The translations under genes and the position numbers were made by a program. From Alphaproteobacteria bacterium (GTDB lineage Bacteria; Pseudomonadota; Alphaproteobacteria; SP197), in NCBI GenBank assembly GCA_964291415.2, contig OZ219918.1, forward strand, positions 1 through 64,000: DNA of 64,000 bases, in the 5' to 3' direction. Below, piece after piece: positions 50,697 through 58,502 of the stretch; the stretch's first letter is position 1, and each line of letters begins with the position of its first letter. The notes below the pieces were generated by a model, which was not told the DNA's origin, searched no databases, and saw only the letters and a list, made by a program, of their open reading frames with translations.

Positions 50697-50960
50697 TCAT
50701 GTCTCGCCGCTATCAGGGCCGAGATCCCCGACAGTCCCAGCGCGGATATGATCGCGAATATCATCGCACGCGATTGCAATCGCCTCCATCTCAGGGCTCG
50801 TGAAAGCAACGCCCGTCGGGTGCGTAGGGAGGCAATCGAGAATCTCGCACGCCACTTCCGGGTTTCGTTGCATGAGCTCTCCGAACATGAGAAGGACGAG
50901 AGCCTTCAACGCAGTGAGATCGGCTTGAAGCCCGGCGATTCCATCATCGTCTTGCGTCAT
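50697..50960 (-). CDS. Hypothetical protein (passenger)
   Basis: 87-aa ORF after the upstream passenger gene, with a GGAG RBS; an antisense ORF competes for the same region. Confidence 0.45.
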   Translation of the reverse strand: MTQDDDGIAGLQADLTALKALVLLMFGELMQRNPEVACEILDCLPTHPTGVAFTSPEMEAIAIACDDIRDHIRAGTVGDLGPDSGET

Positions 50961-50981
50961 CTCTAGCGATCACTCCAACAG

Positions 50982-51362
50982 CTAGTAGAACGAGAACTCC
51001 GTGATCCTCCAGCGACGTTCTTCTCCGCCCTCCACGCATTGGGCGATGCCGTAGAAGTAGAGTCGGAGCGGGCCACCATACATGTTGAGGGTGTCAAGGT
51101 GCGATACGAGTTCGTATCTGTCGCCACTCTTGCGAACTGGTTTCTCGAAGGCGAAATCCGCCTCATCAGGAGCGTATAACTGGCCTTTGGCATGGCGCTC
51201 TATGATGACCTTGGCGGCCCATTTGGCGTCGTCCGCATCGCAACTTGCCCGGCTCTCGGCGGTCTTGGCACACATGGCAATGACACCGCCGATCGCGACA
51301 AAGATCGCCACCAAAACGATCACAATGACGGTTTGCTCGTTGGGACCTCTACCATTGGACAT
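50982..51362 (-). CDS. Hypothetical membrane-anchored protein (passenger)
   Basis: N-terminal TM segment VIVIVLVAIFVAIGGVIAM, then LYAPDEADF..SHLDTLNMYGG.LR; GGAG RBS. Confidence 0.7.
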   Translation of the reverse strand: MSNGRGPNEQTVIVIVLVAIFVAIGGVIAMCAKTAESRASCDADDAKWAAKVIIERHAKGQLYAPDEADFAFEKPVRKSGDRYELVSHLDTLNMYGGPLRLYFYGIAQCVEGGEERRWRITEFSFY

Positions 51363-51435
51363 CTTGCACTCCACTCGCTGGCGAGCGGCGGGCTGGGCAA
51401 GACACCCTTGTCGTCAATCTCCTGTCGTGTGTTAC

Positions 51436-51587
51436 CCCATGGTCATTGCCGCTCGGTTTGCGACCCGGCGGGATGCCGGGCCGGTCGCCAAACAACCATG
51501 GGTTCAAGGTTCCCGCTGATTTCCGCACGAGGCGGTGTTGTATTCACGGGCAGCCCGACACAGGGCGTCCCATGGTTGGTTTGGCGA
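51436..51587 (-). ncRNA. Candidate c4/CI-like antisense leader RNA, copy B
   Basis: Stem 51551-51561/51473-51483 and loop GAATACAACA (51545-51536); segment 51483-51502 is complementary to 51569-51587 and partly to 51436-51465; homologous to copy A. Confidence 0.6.
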
Positions 51588-51594
51588 TGGTGAA

Positions 51595-51667
51595 AGCGTG
51601 GGTGTGCGGTTGGTGGGAGTCAACCACTATTAGATCAGTTGCCTAGCCGTAGGTCGTGCCATAGGAT
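51595..51667. promoter_or_regulatory. Divergent sigma70-like promoter pair
   Basis: Minus strand: TTGACT(51623-51618)-17 nt-CACGCT, driving the RNA leader. Plus strand: TTGCCT(51639-51644)-17 nt-TAGGAT, ending 6 nt before ATG 51674. Confidence 0.45.
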
Positions 51668-51673
51668 GGCGGC

Positions 51674-51841
51674 ATGACGGACAAGCCAGAACCTCGGCCG
51701 CGCGGTCGGCCACCGAAGCCCATGCCGAAGATCGACGCCACTCCGGAGCGAGCGGCCCAGGCGATCTTCTCGGCCGTCAAGAAGCCGGACCCGTCTGTCC
51801 GGATCCAGAAAGCCTACGAGCGGAAGAAGCCTAGTCAGTGA
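51674..51841 (+). CDS. 55-aa AT-hook-like microprotein (absent from the ORF track)
   Basis: MTDKPEPRPRGRPPKPMPKIDATPERAAQAIFSAVKKPDPSVRIQKAYERKKPSQ*; PRGRP motif; probably leaderless. Confidence 0.65.
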   Translation: MTDKPEPRPRGRPPKPMPKIDATPERAAQAIFSAVKKPDPSVRIQKAYERKKPSQ

Positions 51842-52015
51842 GCAACACGCCCAAAGCACCCACACCTAGCCCATCCTCGGCAAACGCCAAGCAGTCACCG
51901 CCTGCGGCAGTCAATCCGCCGAAGCCTCCGCTGGTTATCGGCGGGCGAGTGGAGAAGCACGAAGCGCCATCTGGCTAGTTAGGCGTATAATTCCCAAAAA
52001 AAACGTCCGTTTGTG

Positions 52016-53452
52016 TCAGGCGTTCGGGCGCGTCTCGCCGTTCCCCTTGTGCCGGGGCGCCAGCCGCACGCGAAGATTGGCCGGGAACATCGTGAAGGCG
52101 AGGCGCTCCTCGACGCCGTCACTGGCCGGGTGGATGTCGAAGTTCCGCACCAGCATGGCGAGCACCGTGCGGATCTGGGTGAGAGCGATGTTGCGGCCCG
52201 GACAGAGCCGCGGGCCGGCGCCGAACGGCAGGAAGGCGCGCGGATCATGGGGTGAAGGCTTGTCCCTTGAGAGCCAGCGTTCGGGGTCGAAACGGCGGGC
52301 ATCCGCGAAATGCTCCTCGCGCGTGGCTTCGCGGCGGACCAGCATCATGATCGGCGTGCCTCGAGGAACGTGGCAGCCCATGAGTTCGACGTCGCTGACC
52401 GGTTCCAGGACGTGAAGCGGCGCCACCGGCTTGAGGCGCATGGCCTCGTTGTTGAAGGCATCGATGAATGGAAGCTGCTTCGTCTGTTCCAGGGTTTCGA
52501 TGGCTTCAGCCGGTGCGATGAGTCTGTCGACCTCCTGGCGTGCCCGGTCGAAGTGTTCCGGATACTGCATGAAGTAGTGAACGGCCCAGCCGGTGGAGTT
52601 GGCCGTCGTGTCCTCCCCGGCCAGCAGCAGTGTCCCGGCGTTGGCAAAGATGTCTGCATCGGTGAACCCCGACCCCTCATCCTCCAGGGCAGCAAGAATG
52701 GCTTCGATGAAATTGGTCGGCTCGGGCTTCTCCGCCATGCGCTCCCTGGCGGTGCGGACCATGGCGTTGACCTCCTCCTCGAGACGGTCGAGCGCCCGGG
52801 CGAGCGTCCGGTCCGAAGGCATCGGCACATAGCGCCAATAGGGAAAGGGCGCATTGACCCGGCGATGCAGCACGGGGAACACCTTGTCGAGATGACGCTG
52901 GATCACAGGCCCCGGGGTCTCCAGCGTGTTGGCATCGATACCGAAGGCAAGGCCGATGGTGACGTCGACGGTGAAACGCATGAGATCGCTGCAGAGATCG
53001 ATTGTGTCCCCTCGAACGGCTGCCTGTTGCCAGTGCCGCCGCAAGCGTTCGGCCGTCATGACCAGGCGTGGGAAGAAATCCTCGAGATGCGCACGATTGA
53101 GCGCGGCGGCAACGATCCGGCGCTGACGCCGCCAGTCGTCGCCTTCAGCGGCAAAGACGCCCTTCAGCCTCATTTCCGTGGCGACCGCTTCCAGCGCCCT
53201 CGTGCGCCGGAACGCCTGCGGGCGCTGGACGAGGAGTCGCTGAATCGTCGCCCGGTCCGACACCACGACGACATCGGAGGGTCCGATACGGACCCGGTAG
53301 ATCGGACCGTAACGGTCCGCCCATTTCTCGAGATGCAGATGCAGTCTCGAGAACCGGATCTGGTGGAGGTTGCCGATCAGCGGGAGGCCACCCGGTCCGG
53401 GAAGATTTCGGACCCTGGCCGGTGTCGAGGCGGTTTCCTGGTACAGTGTCAT
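52016..53452 (-). CDS. Cytochrome P450
   Basis: LPGPGGLPLIGNL, I-helix AGEDTT, ExxR (EAMR), FDPERW and heme motif FGAGPRLCPG. Confidence 0.95.
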   Translation of the reverse strand: MTLYQETASTPARVRNLPGPGGLPLIGNLHQIRFSRLHLHLEKWADRYGPIYRVRIGPSDVVVVSDRATIQRLLVQRPQAFRRTRALEAVATEMRLKGVFAAEGDDWRRQRRIVAAALNRAHLEDFFPRLVMTAERLRRHWQQAAVRGDTIDLCSDLMRFTVDVTIGLAFGIDANTLETPGPVIQRHLDKVFPVLHRRVNAPFPYWRYVPMPSDRTLARALDRLEEEVNAMVRTARERMAEKPEPTNFIEAILAALEDEGSGFTDADIFANAGTLLLAGEDTTANSTGWAVHYFMQYPEHFDRARQEVDRLIAPAEAIETLEQTKQLPFIDAFNNEAMRLKPVAPLHVLEPVSDVELMGCHVPRGTPIMMLVRREATREEHFADARRFDPERWLSRDKPSPHDPRAFLPFGAGPRLCPGRNIALTQIRTVLAMLVRNFDIHPASDGVEERLAFTMFPANLRVRLAPRHKGNGETRPNA

Positions 53453-53707
53453 GGTGATCTCCCGAATCTGAAGAACCTGGCGCCGACCGACTGCTCTGGA
53501 GGAGATGTCACCATGCTGCAGGCAGCGCCGCAACCGCTGCTTGACAGGGGATCCCCCTGGGAGAACGCAAGGGCGTCGGGAATCGGGGAAGCCGCCAAGA
53601 GCGTTGTTCCGGCGACACGTGCGCAAGGAGCTTCAGCGCTTCCCCTCCGGGGGGACGGGGGAACTCCCGTTCAGAGCGGATACGGGGGGGGCGGCGTCGA
53701 CGGACGC

Positions 53708-56035
53708 TCAGGGGGTCTTCGCCTTGCCCGGCCGAAACAGCCAGGCACCCAGCGCCGGCAGCAGGACGACGGCGCCGACCATGTTGACCAGGAACATGAA
53801 CGTGAGCACCGTGCCCATGTCGGCCTGGAACTTCAGCGGCGCCACGGTCCATGTGGCAACGCCCGCCGCCAGGGTGAGGCCGGTCAACACGACACCCGCC
53901 CCGCTGGTGGCCAGCGCCCGCTCGTAGGCCGCGGCGAAGTCGAGACCCTCGGCGAGGTGGGTTCGCAGCCGTCCGTAGATGTAGATCCCGTAGTCCACTC
54001 CAATTCCCACCCCGAGAGCCACAACCGGCAGGGTGGAGACCTTGAGGCCGATCTCGAGCAGCGCCATGAGCGCGTAGGCCAGGAGAGAGACCACGGCGAG
54101 CGGCACGACGATGCACGCTGTTGCCGCCAGGGAACGGAAGGACACCAGGCACAGCGCGATGACCGCAGCGTAGACGTAGGCGAGGATGGGGAACTGTGAC
54201 GCTTCCACCTCCTCGTTGGTCGCCGCCATGACCCCGACGTTGCCGGAGGCGAGCCGGAAGGTGATGCGCTCGTTGGTGTTCGCGGCATCGAACTCCTTCA
54301 CCGCGTCGACCACGCGCTTGATGGTCTCGGCCTTGTGGTCGGTGGTGAAGACCGACACCGGCATCACGCTGCAGTCCAGATTGAGCAGGCCACTGCTCGT
54401 CGGCACCGGGGAGACGGCCTGCACGAGCATGTAGTGGTTGCGGGGCAGGGTGCGCCACTTGAGGCTGCCCTCGTTCCAGCTTGCGTTGATGGTCCGGGCG
54501 ACACCGGCAAGCCCCAGCACCGACTGGACGCCGTCCACGCTGCGCAGCCGCCATTCGAAGTCGTCGAGGGTGCGCATCACCTCGTAGTCGATGCAGCCTT
54601 CGGTCACCGTCTCGGAGATCACCGTCAGCACGTCCACGCCGATCTCGAAGCGATCGGTGATGACAGCCGAGTCGAGGTTGTACACCGAATCGGCCCGCAG
54701 TTCCGGCACTCCCTGGTGCTCGTCGCCCACCCGGACCTGCCGGGCGTACTCCCAGCCAACCGCCAGCAGCACTGCGGCTGCGACGATTACCATCGCTGCA
54801 GGCCGGCGATGAGCCAGTCGCGCGATCCGCATCCAGACCGGCCGCAGCAGGCCGTCGCGCGCCCGGGCCGCGCGGCGATGCTTCTCGTCCGGCTCAACGT
54901 AGGAGAGCAACACCGGCAGCAGCGCCAGGTTCGTCAGGATGATGGCGGCCACTCCCAGACTTGCGGTGACCGCGATTTCCCGGATGACCTGCACCTCGAT
55001 GTGCGAGATGGTGATGAACCCCGCCGAATCGGAAGCGAGCGCCACGGTGCCGGGCAACAGCAGGCGGCGGAAGCTCGCCCGCGCGGCGTCCAGGCCCGTG
55101 GCGCCATCAGCCACCTCCGCGCGGACCGAGCTCACCATCTGGACGCCGTGGCTCACCCCGATTGCAAAGACGAGGAACGGCACCAGGATCGACATCGGAT
55201 CGACGCCGTAACCCAGCGCGGTGAGTCCGCCGAGCTGCCAGACCACAGCGATGAGGGAGCAGGCGAGCGGCGGCGCAGTCAACCGGACCGACCGCGTGTA
55301 GGCGTAAACGAAGAGCGCGGTGATGAGGAATGCCAGTCCGAAGAATGCCATGACCCGGACCGCGCCATCGGCGATGTCGCCGACCATCTTCGCGAATCCT
55401 ATGATGTGCAGGTCGACGTGAACATCCACGGCCGCGTCTGCGCTGGCCTCGCGGCGGATGCGCTCCAGTTCGTGCGCCACCTCGATGTAGTCGAGCCGCT
55501 CGCCGCTGTTGGGATGGAACTCCTGAAGCTTGGCGGCGACGATGGCGCCGGTGAAGTCGTTCGCCACCAGGCGACCGACGATGCCGGCCTTGATGATGTT
55601 CTCCCGCACCCGGGCGAAGCCGGCCTCGGTCGGCTCGAAGTCCGGCGGCAGGACGTTGCCGGCGGCGATGCCGTCCTCCACCACCTCGATGTAGCGCACG
55701 TTCGGCGTCAGGATGGAGAAGACCTGGGCCCGGTCGACACCGGGAAGGAAGAACATCTCGTCTGTCACCTTGCGCAACGCGGCGAAGAAACCGGGTGTGA
55801 ACATGTCGCCGTCCCGCGCCATGACCGCGATCAGCACCCGATCCGCGCCGCCGAACTCCTCGCGGTACTCGAGGAAGGTTTGCATGTACTCGTGCTTGAC
55901 CGGGACCAGCTTGGTGAAGCCGGCGTCGACCCGCAGGCCCGACGCGAGCCACCCCATGGCCAGGGTGGCCAGCAGGAATGCCGCCAGCACGAGGGGCCGT
56001 CGGGCGAAGAGCAGTCGTTCTATGTGGGAAGTCAC
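53708..56035 (-). CDS. RND/MMPL family transporter
   Basis: Two membrane halves, FAIGVSHGVQ and GVGIGVDYGIY; GTG start at 56035. Confidence 0.92.
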   Translation of the reverse strand: MTSHIERLLFARRPLVLAAFLLATLAMGWLASGLRVDAGFTKLVPVKHEYMQTFLEYREEFGGADRVLIAVMARDGDMFTPGFFAALRKVTDEMFFLPGVDRAQVFSILTPNVRYIEVVEDGIAAGNVLPPDFEPTEAGFARVRENIIKAGIVGRLVANDFTGAIVAAKLQEFHPNSGERLDYIEVAHELERIRREASADAAVDVHVDLHIIGFAKMVGDIADGAVRVMAFFGLAFLITALFVYAYTRSVRLTAPPLACSLIAVVWQLGGLTALGYGVDPMSILVPFLVFAIGVSHGVQMVSSVRAEVADGATGLDAARASFRRLLLPGTVALASDSAGFITISHIEVQVIREIAVTASLGVAAIILTNLALLPVLLSYVEPDEKHRRAARARDGLLRPVWMRIARLAHRRPAAMVIVAAAVLLAVGWEYARQVRVGDEHQGVPELRADSVYNLDSAVITDRFEIGVDVLTVISETVTEGCIDYEVMRTLDDFEWRLRSVDGVQSVLGLAGVARTINASWNEGSLKWRTLPRNHYMLVQAVSPVPTSSGLLNLDCSVMPVSVFTTDHKAETIKRVVDAVKEFDAANTNERITFRLASGNVGVMAATNEEVEASQFPILAYVYAAVIALCLVSFRSLAATACIVVPLAVVSLLAYALMALLEIGLKVSTLPVVALGVGIGVDYGIYIYGRLRTHLAEGLDFAAAYERALATSGAGVVLTGLTLAAGVATWTVAPLKFQADMGTVLTFMFLVNMVGAVVLLPALGAWLFRPGKAKTP

Positions 56036-56051
56036 GCAGGTTCCCCGGGGG

Positions 56052-57044
56052 TCAGTCCGCCAGACGCCGGACGCCGAATTCACCGATCAGCAGCACGCCG
56101 CCGTCCGCAAGCGGCAGCACTGCCGATATCCCCTCGCGCAAGGGAAGCGTTGCGGTCGACACACTGCGACCTTCGTCGCGGCTGGTGAGCACGCTCCCTT
56201 CCAGGCCCGTCACGACGATCGCACCCGATGGCAGCCGGGTGGCTCCGGTCAGCAACGCCTGGGTTCCGGTGGCGAGTTGCGTCCAGGTCTCGCCGCCGTC
56301 TGCCGACCGGAACAGGTGGCCCCTGAGCCCGGTCAGCAGCACCTGGTCCTGGTCGAGCGCAATCCCGCCGAACCACGATCCGGCGTAGGGTGAGGGAAGT
56401 TCGCGCCAGGTCGTGCCGCCGTCGTCGGAGCGGTAGACGACCCCTGCCTCCGCGGCGATGTACAGGCGCCGGGATGCGGTCGGCTGCGTGCCGGTGTCGT
56501 CGGCGGCCACGGGTATCAGCGCGTTCAGGTGGAAGTCGTCCTCGCTGACGGAACGACGGGACCAGGTTTCGCCGCCGTCGTCGGTGGCGAGGAAGTAACC
56601 ATAGGCCCCGACCGCGAAGCCGGCGCGTTCGTCGCGAAACCAGACGTCGAGCAGGGGAAGCTCCTCCTCCGGTGCCCGGTGCACCACGGACCAGGTTTCG
56701 CCGCCGTCGACGGTGCGCAGGATGACCGCGTCGTGTCCGACGGCCCAGCCGGTGCGCTCGTCGTGCATGTGAACCGCCGTGAGCAGGACGCGGGTGGGGA
56801 CCTCGGCCTGGGTCCAGCTTGCGCCGTCGTTGGTGGAGACCAGGATATGGCCGCGCTCACCCACCACCACGAGCCGCGCGCCGGCCGCCGCGCCGTCGAG
56901 CAGCAGGCCTTCGACCGCCAGCGGCGCCTTCACTGCCTCCCCGGCCTTCGCGGCAGACGGCGCAAGAAGCGCGAGCAGGAGCATGACCGACGCAAATCCC
57001 GCGGCCACCGGCCGCCGCCACGGCGTCGGTCTCGGGGTCATCAT
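56052..57044 (-). CDS. YCF48/BNR-repeat beta-propeller protein
   Basis: Repeated S/TxDGGxTW Asp-boxes, VGERGHIL and AVGHDAVIL; signal peptide. Confidence 0.9.
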   Translation of the reverse strand: MMTPRPTPWRRPVAAGFASVMLLLALLAPSAAKAGEAVKAPLAVEGLLLDGAAAGARLVVVGERGHILVSTNDGASWTQAEVPTRVLLTAVHMHDERTGWAVGHDAVILRTVDGGETWSVVHRAPEEELPLLDVWFRDERAGFAVGAYGYFLATDDGGETWSRRSVSEDDFHLNALIPVAADDTGTQPTASRRLYIAAEAGVVYRSDDGGTTWRELPSPYAGSWFGGIALDQDQVLLTGLRGHLFRSADGGETWTQLATGTQALLTGATRLPSGAIVVTGLEGSVLTSRDEGRSVSTATLPLREGISAVLPLADGGVLLIGEFGVRRLAD

Positions 57045-57104
57045 GACCCTGGGGGAAGAGCGGCGTCGGGAATGTCGAGGCTCAGGCGGCCGACGCCGGA
57101 CTCG

Positions 57105-58490
57105 TCACCGCCCTTCGCTGCGCAACGCCGCGGGCGTGAAATTCCGGGAGGTCAGGTCAGAATCCCAGGTGCACATCCGGTACTCGTTGTCGAGGCCGAA
57201 CGCGAGGTAGCGCCCCGCCTGGAGGTCGGTGTGCAACTCCAGGGTTGGCCACATCAGCGGCTTCTCATAGTAGTTGATGAGGTGGCCTTCCGACACTCGC
57301 CAGAGCTGATCGCGGTTGTCGTAGATATCGGCGACCAGAATCTGCCAGGAATCCTCGTCCACGTAGAAGGTGCGCCGCTTGTAGATGTGCGTGGCACCAT
57401 CCTTCAGCGTGGCCTCCACGACCCAGACCCGGTGCAGCTCGTAGCGCAGGAGTTCCGGATTGACGTGAAGCGGCTTGAGGATGTCGTCGAAGGAGAGGTC
57501 GCCGGCGTGCAACCGGTACGAGTTGTAGGGCACGTACATCTCGCGCTTGCCGACGAGTTCCCAGTCGTAGCGATCGACCGCGCCATTGAACATGTCGAGC
57601 TGGTCCGCGGTGCGCAGTCCATCCGAGGTGGTTCCGGGATTGTCGTAGGCGATGTTCGGCGCGCGACGCACCCGGCGCTGGCCTGGATTGTAGACCCATG
57701 CGCTGCGGGGTTCGCGAACCTGGTTCATGGTCTCGTGGATCAGCACGATGTCGCCCGCGAGCCGGGCCGGCGCGAGGGTCTTGTTCTTGTAGTAGATCAT
57801 CGTGTTGCCGAGCTCTTCGAGCGTCATGCCGGGTAGCGAGTAGCGCAGTTCAGCCTCAAGGCTCTGTTTGACCACCGTGTAGTCGCCGCCGCGGGTGACG
57901 GCGGCCTGTCCGACGATGCACGACAGCGTCTCGCCCCGGTAGCGCAGCAGGTGATTCCAGATCACCTCGAGGCCGCTGGACGGAATCGGGAAGGGAATGC
58001 CGATCACGGCATCGCCGACGCCGTTGCCGCCGTCGACCAGCCTTGCGGTGGCTGCGGCGGTACGCGTGGCGTCGTAGATCCGCTCCGGCACGGAGGCGCT
58101 GCGCCGGGTGGGATAGATCGTCATGGAGAAGCTCGGATAGGTCTCCAGCATGCGCTGGTGCCCGACCGAAAGCCGGTCGCGGTGCTCGTCGAGGTTCTCG
58201 GCTGTGATGACGAACAGAGGCTGGTCATCGGGATAGGGGTCGCGGTGATGCTCGCCGACGCTGTAGCCCGCCGGCGGCGCGGTGATGCCGCCGGTCCACT
58301 CCGGGATGGTCCCATCGGCGTTGCCGGCCCTTTCCCCGCCCAGTGGCGTGAGGTCGGCGCCGAGCCGCGCGATCTGGTCGGCGGCAAGTTCGGCCGAGGC
58401 GGGAAGCGCCAGGGTGCAACCGAGGATGAAGGCGGCACCCAGACGGAGCGTGGACGGTTTCGTGCAGTAAATGGCTTTCGTGGCGTTCAT
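57105..58490 (-). CDS. DUF1329 domain periplasmic protein
   Basis: LTPLGGERAGNADGTIPEWTGG, PFPIP, AWVYNPGQRRVRRAP and RYELHRVWVVEATLK. Confidence 0.92.
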   Translation of the reverse strand: MNATKAIYCTKPSTLRLGAAFILGCTLALPASAELAADQIARLGADLTPLGGERAGNADGTIPEWTGGITAPPAGYSVGEHHRDPYPDDQPLFVITAENLDEHRDRLSVGHQRMLETYPSFSMTIYPTRRSASVPERIYDATRTAAATARLVDGGNGVGDAVIGIPFPIPSSGLEVIWNHLLRYRGETLSCIVGQAAVTRGGDYTVVKQSLEAELRYSLPGMTLEELGNTMIYYKNKTLAPARLAGDIVLIHETMNQVREPRSAWVYNPGQRRVRRAPNIAYDNPGTTSDGLRTADQLDMFNGAVDRYDWELVGKREMYVPYNSYRLHAGDLSFDDILKPLHVNPELLRYELHRVWVVEATLKDGATHIYKRRTFYVDEDSWQILVADIYDNRDQLWRVSEGHLINYYEKPLMWPTLELHTDLQAGRYLAFGLDNEYRMCTWDSDLTSRNFTPAALRSEGR

Positions 58491-58502
58491 GGCGTCGGAC
58501 CC

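Larger units (their letters stand above)
49528..51995 (+). mobile_element. IS1595-family transposon B with passenger genes
   Basis: Perfect 24-bp TIRs GGGAATTATACGCCTAACTAGCCA (49528-49551) and its reverse complement (51972-51995); flanks AAAGAAAA and AAAAAAAA. Confidence 0.9.

Noticed and set aside
53460-53707. G/C-run-rich spacer upstream of the P450 as a possible riboswitch
   Set aside because: Short hairpins are possible, but no known aptamer consensus or second copy was seen.
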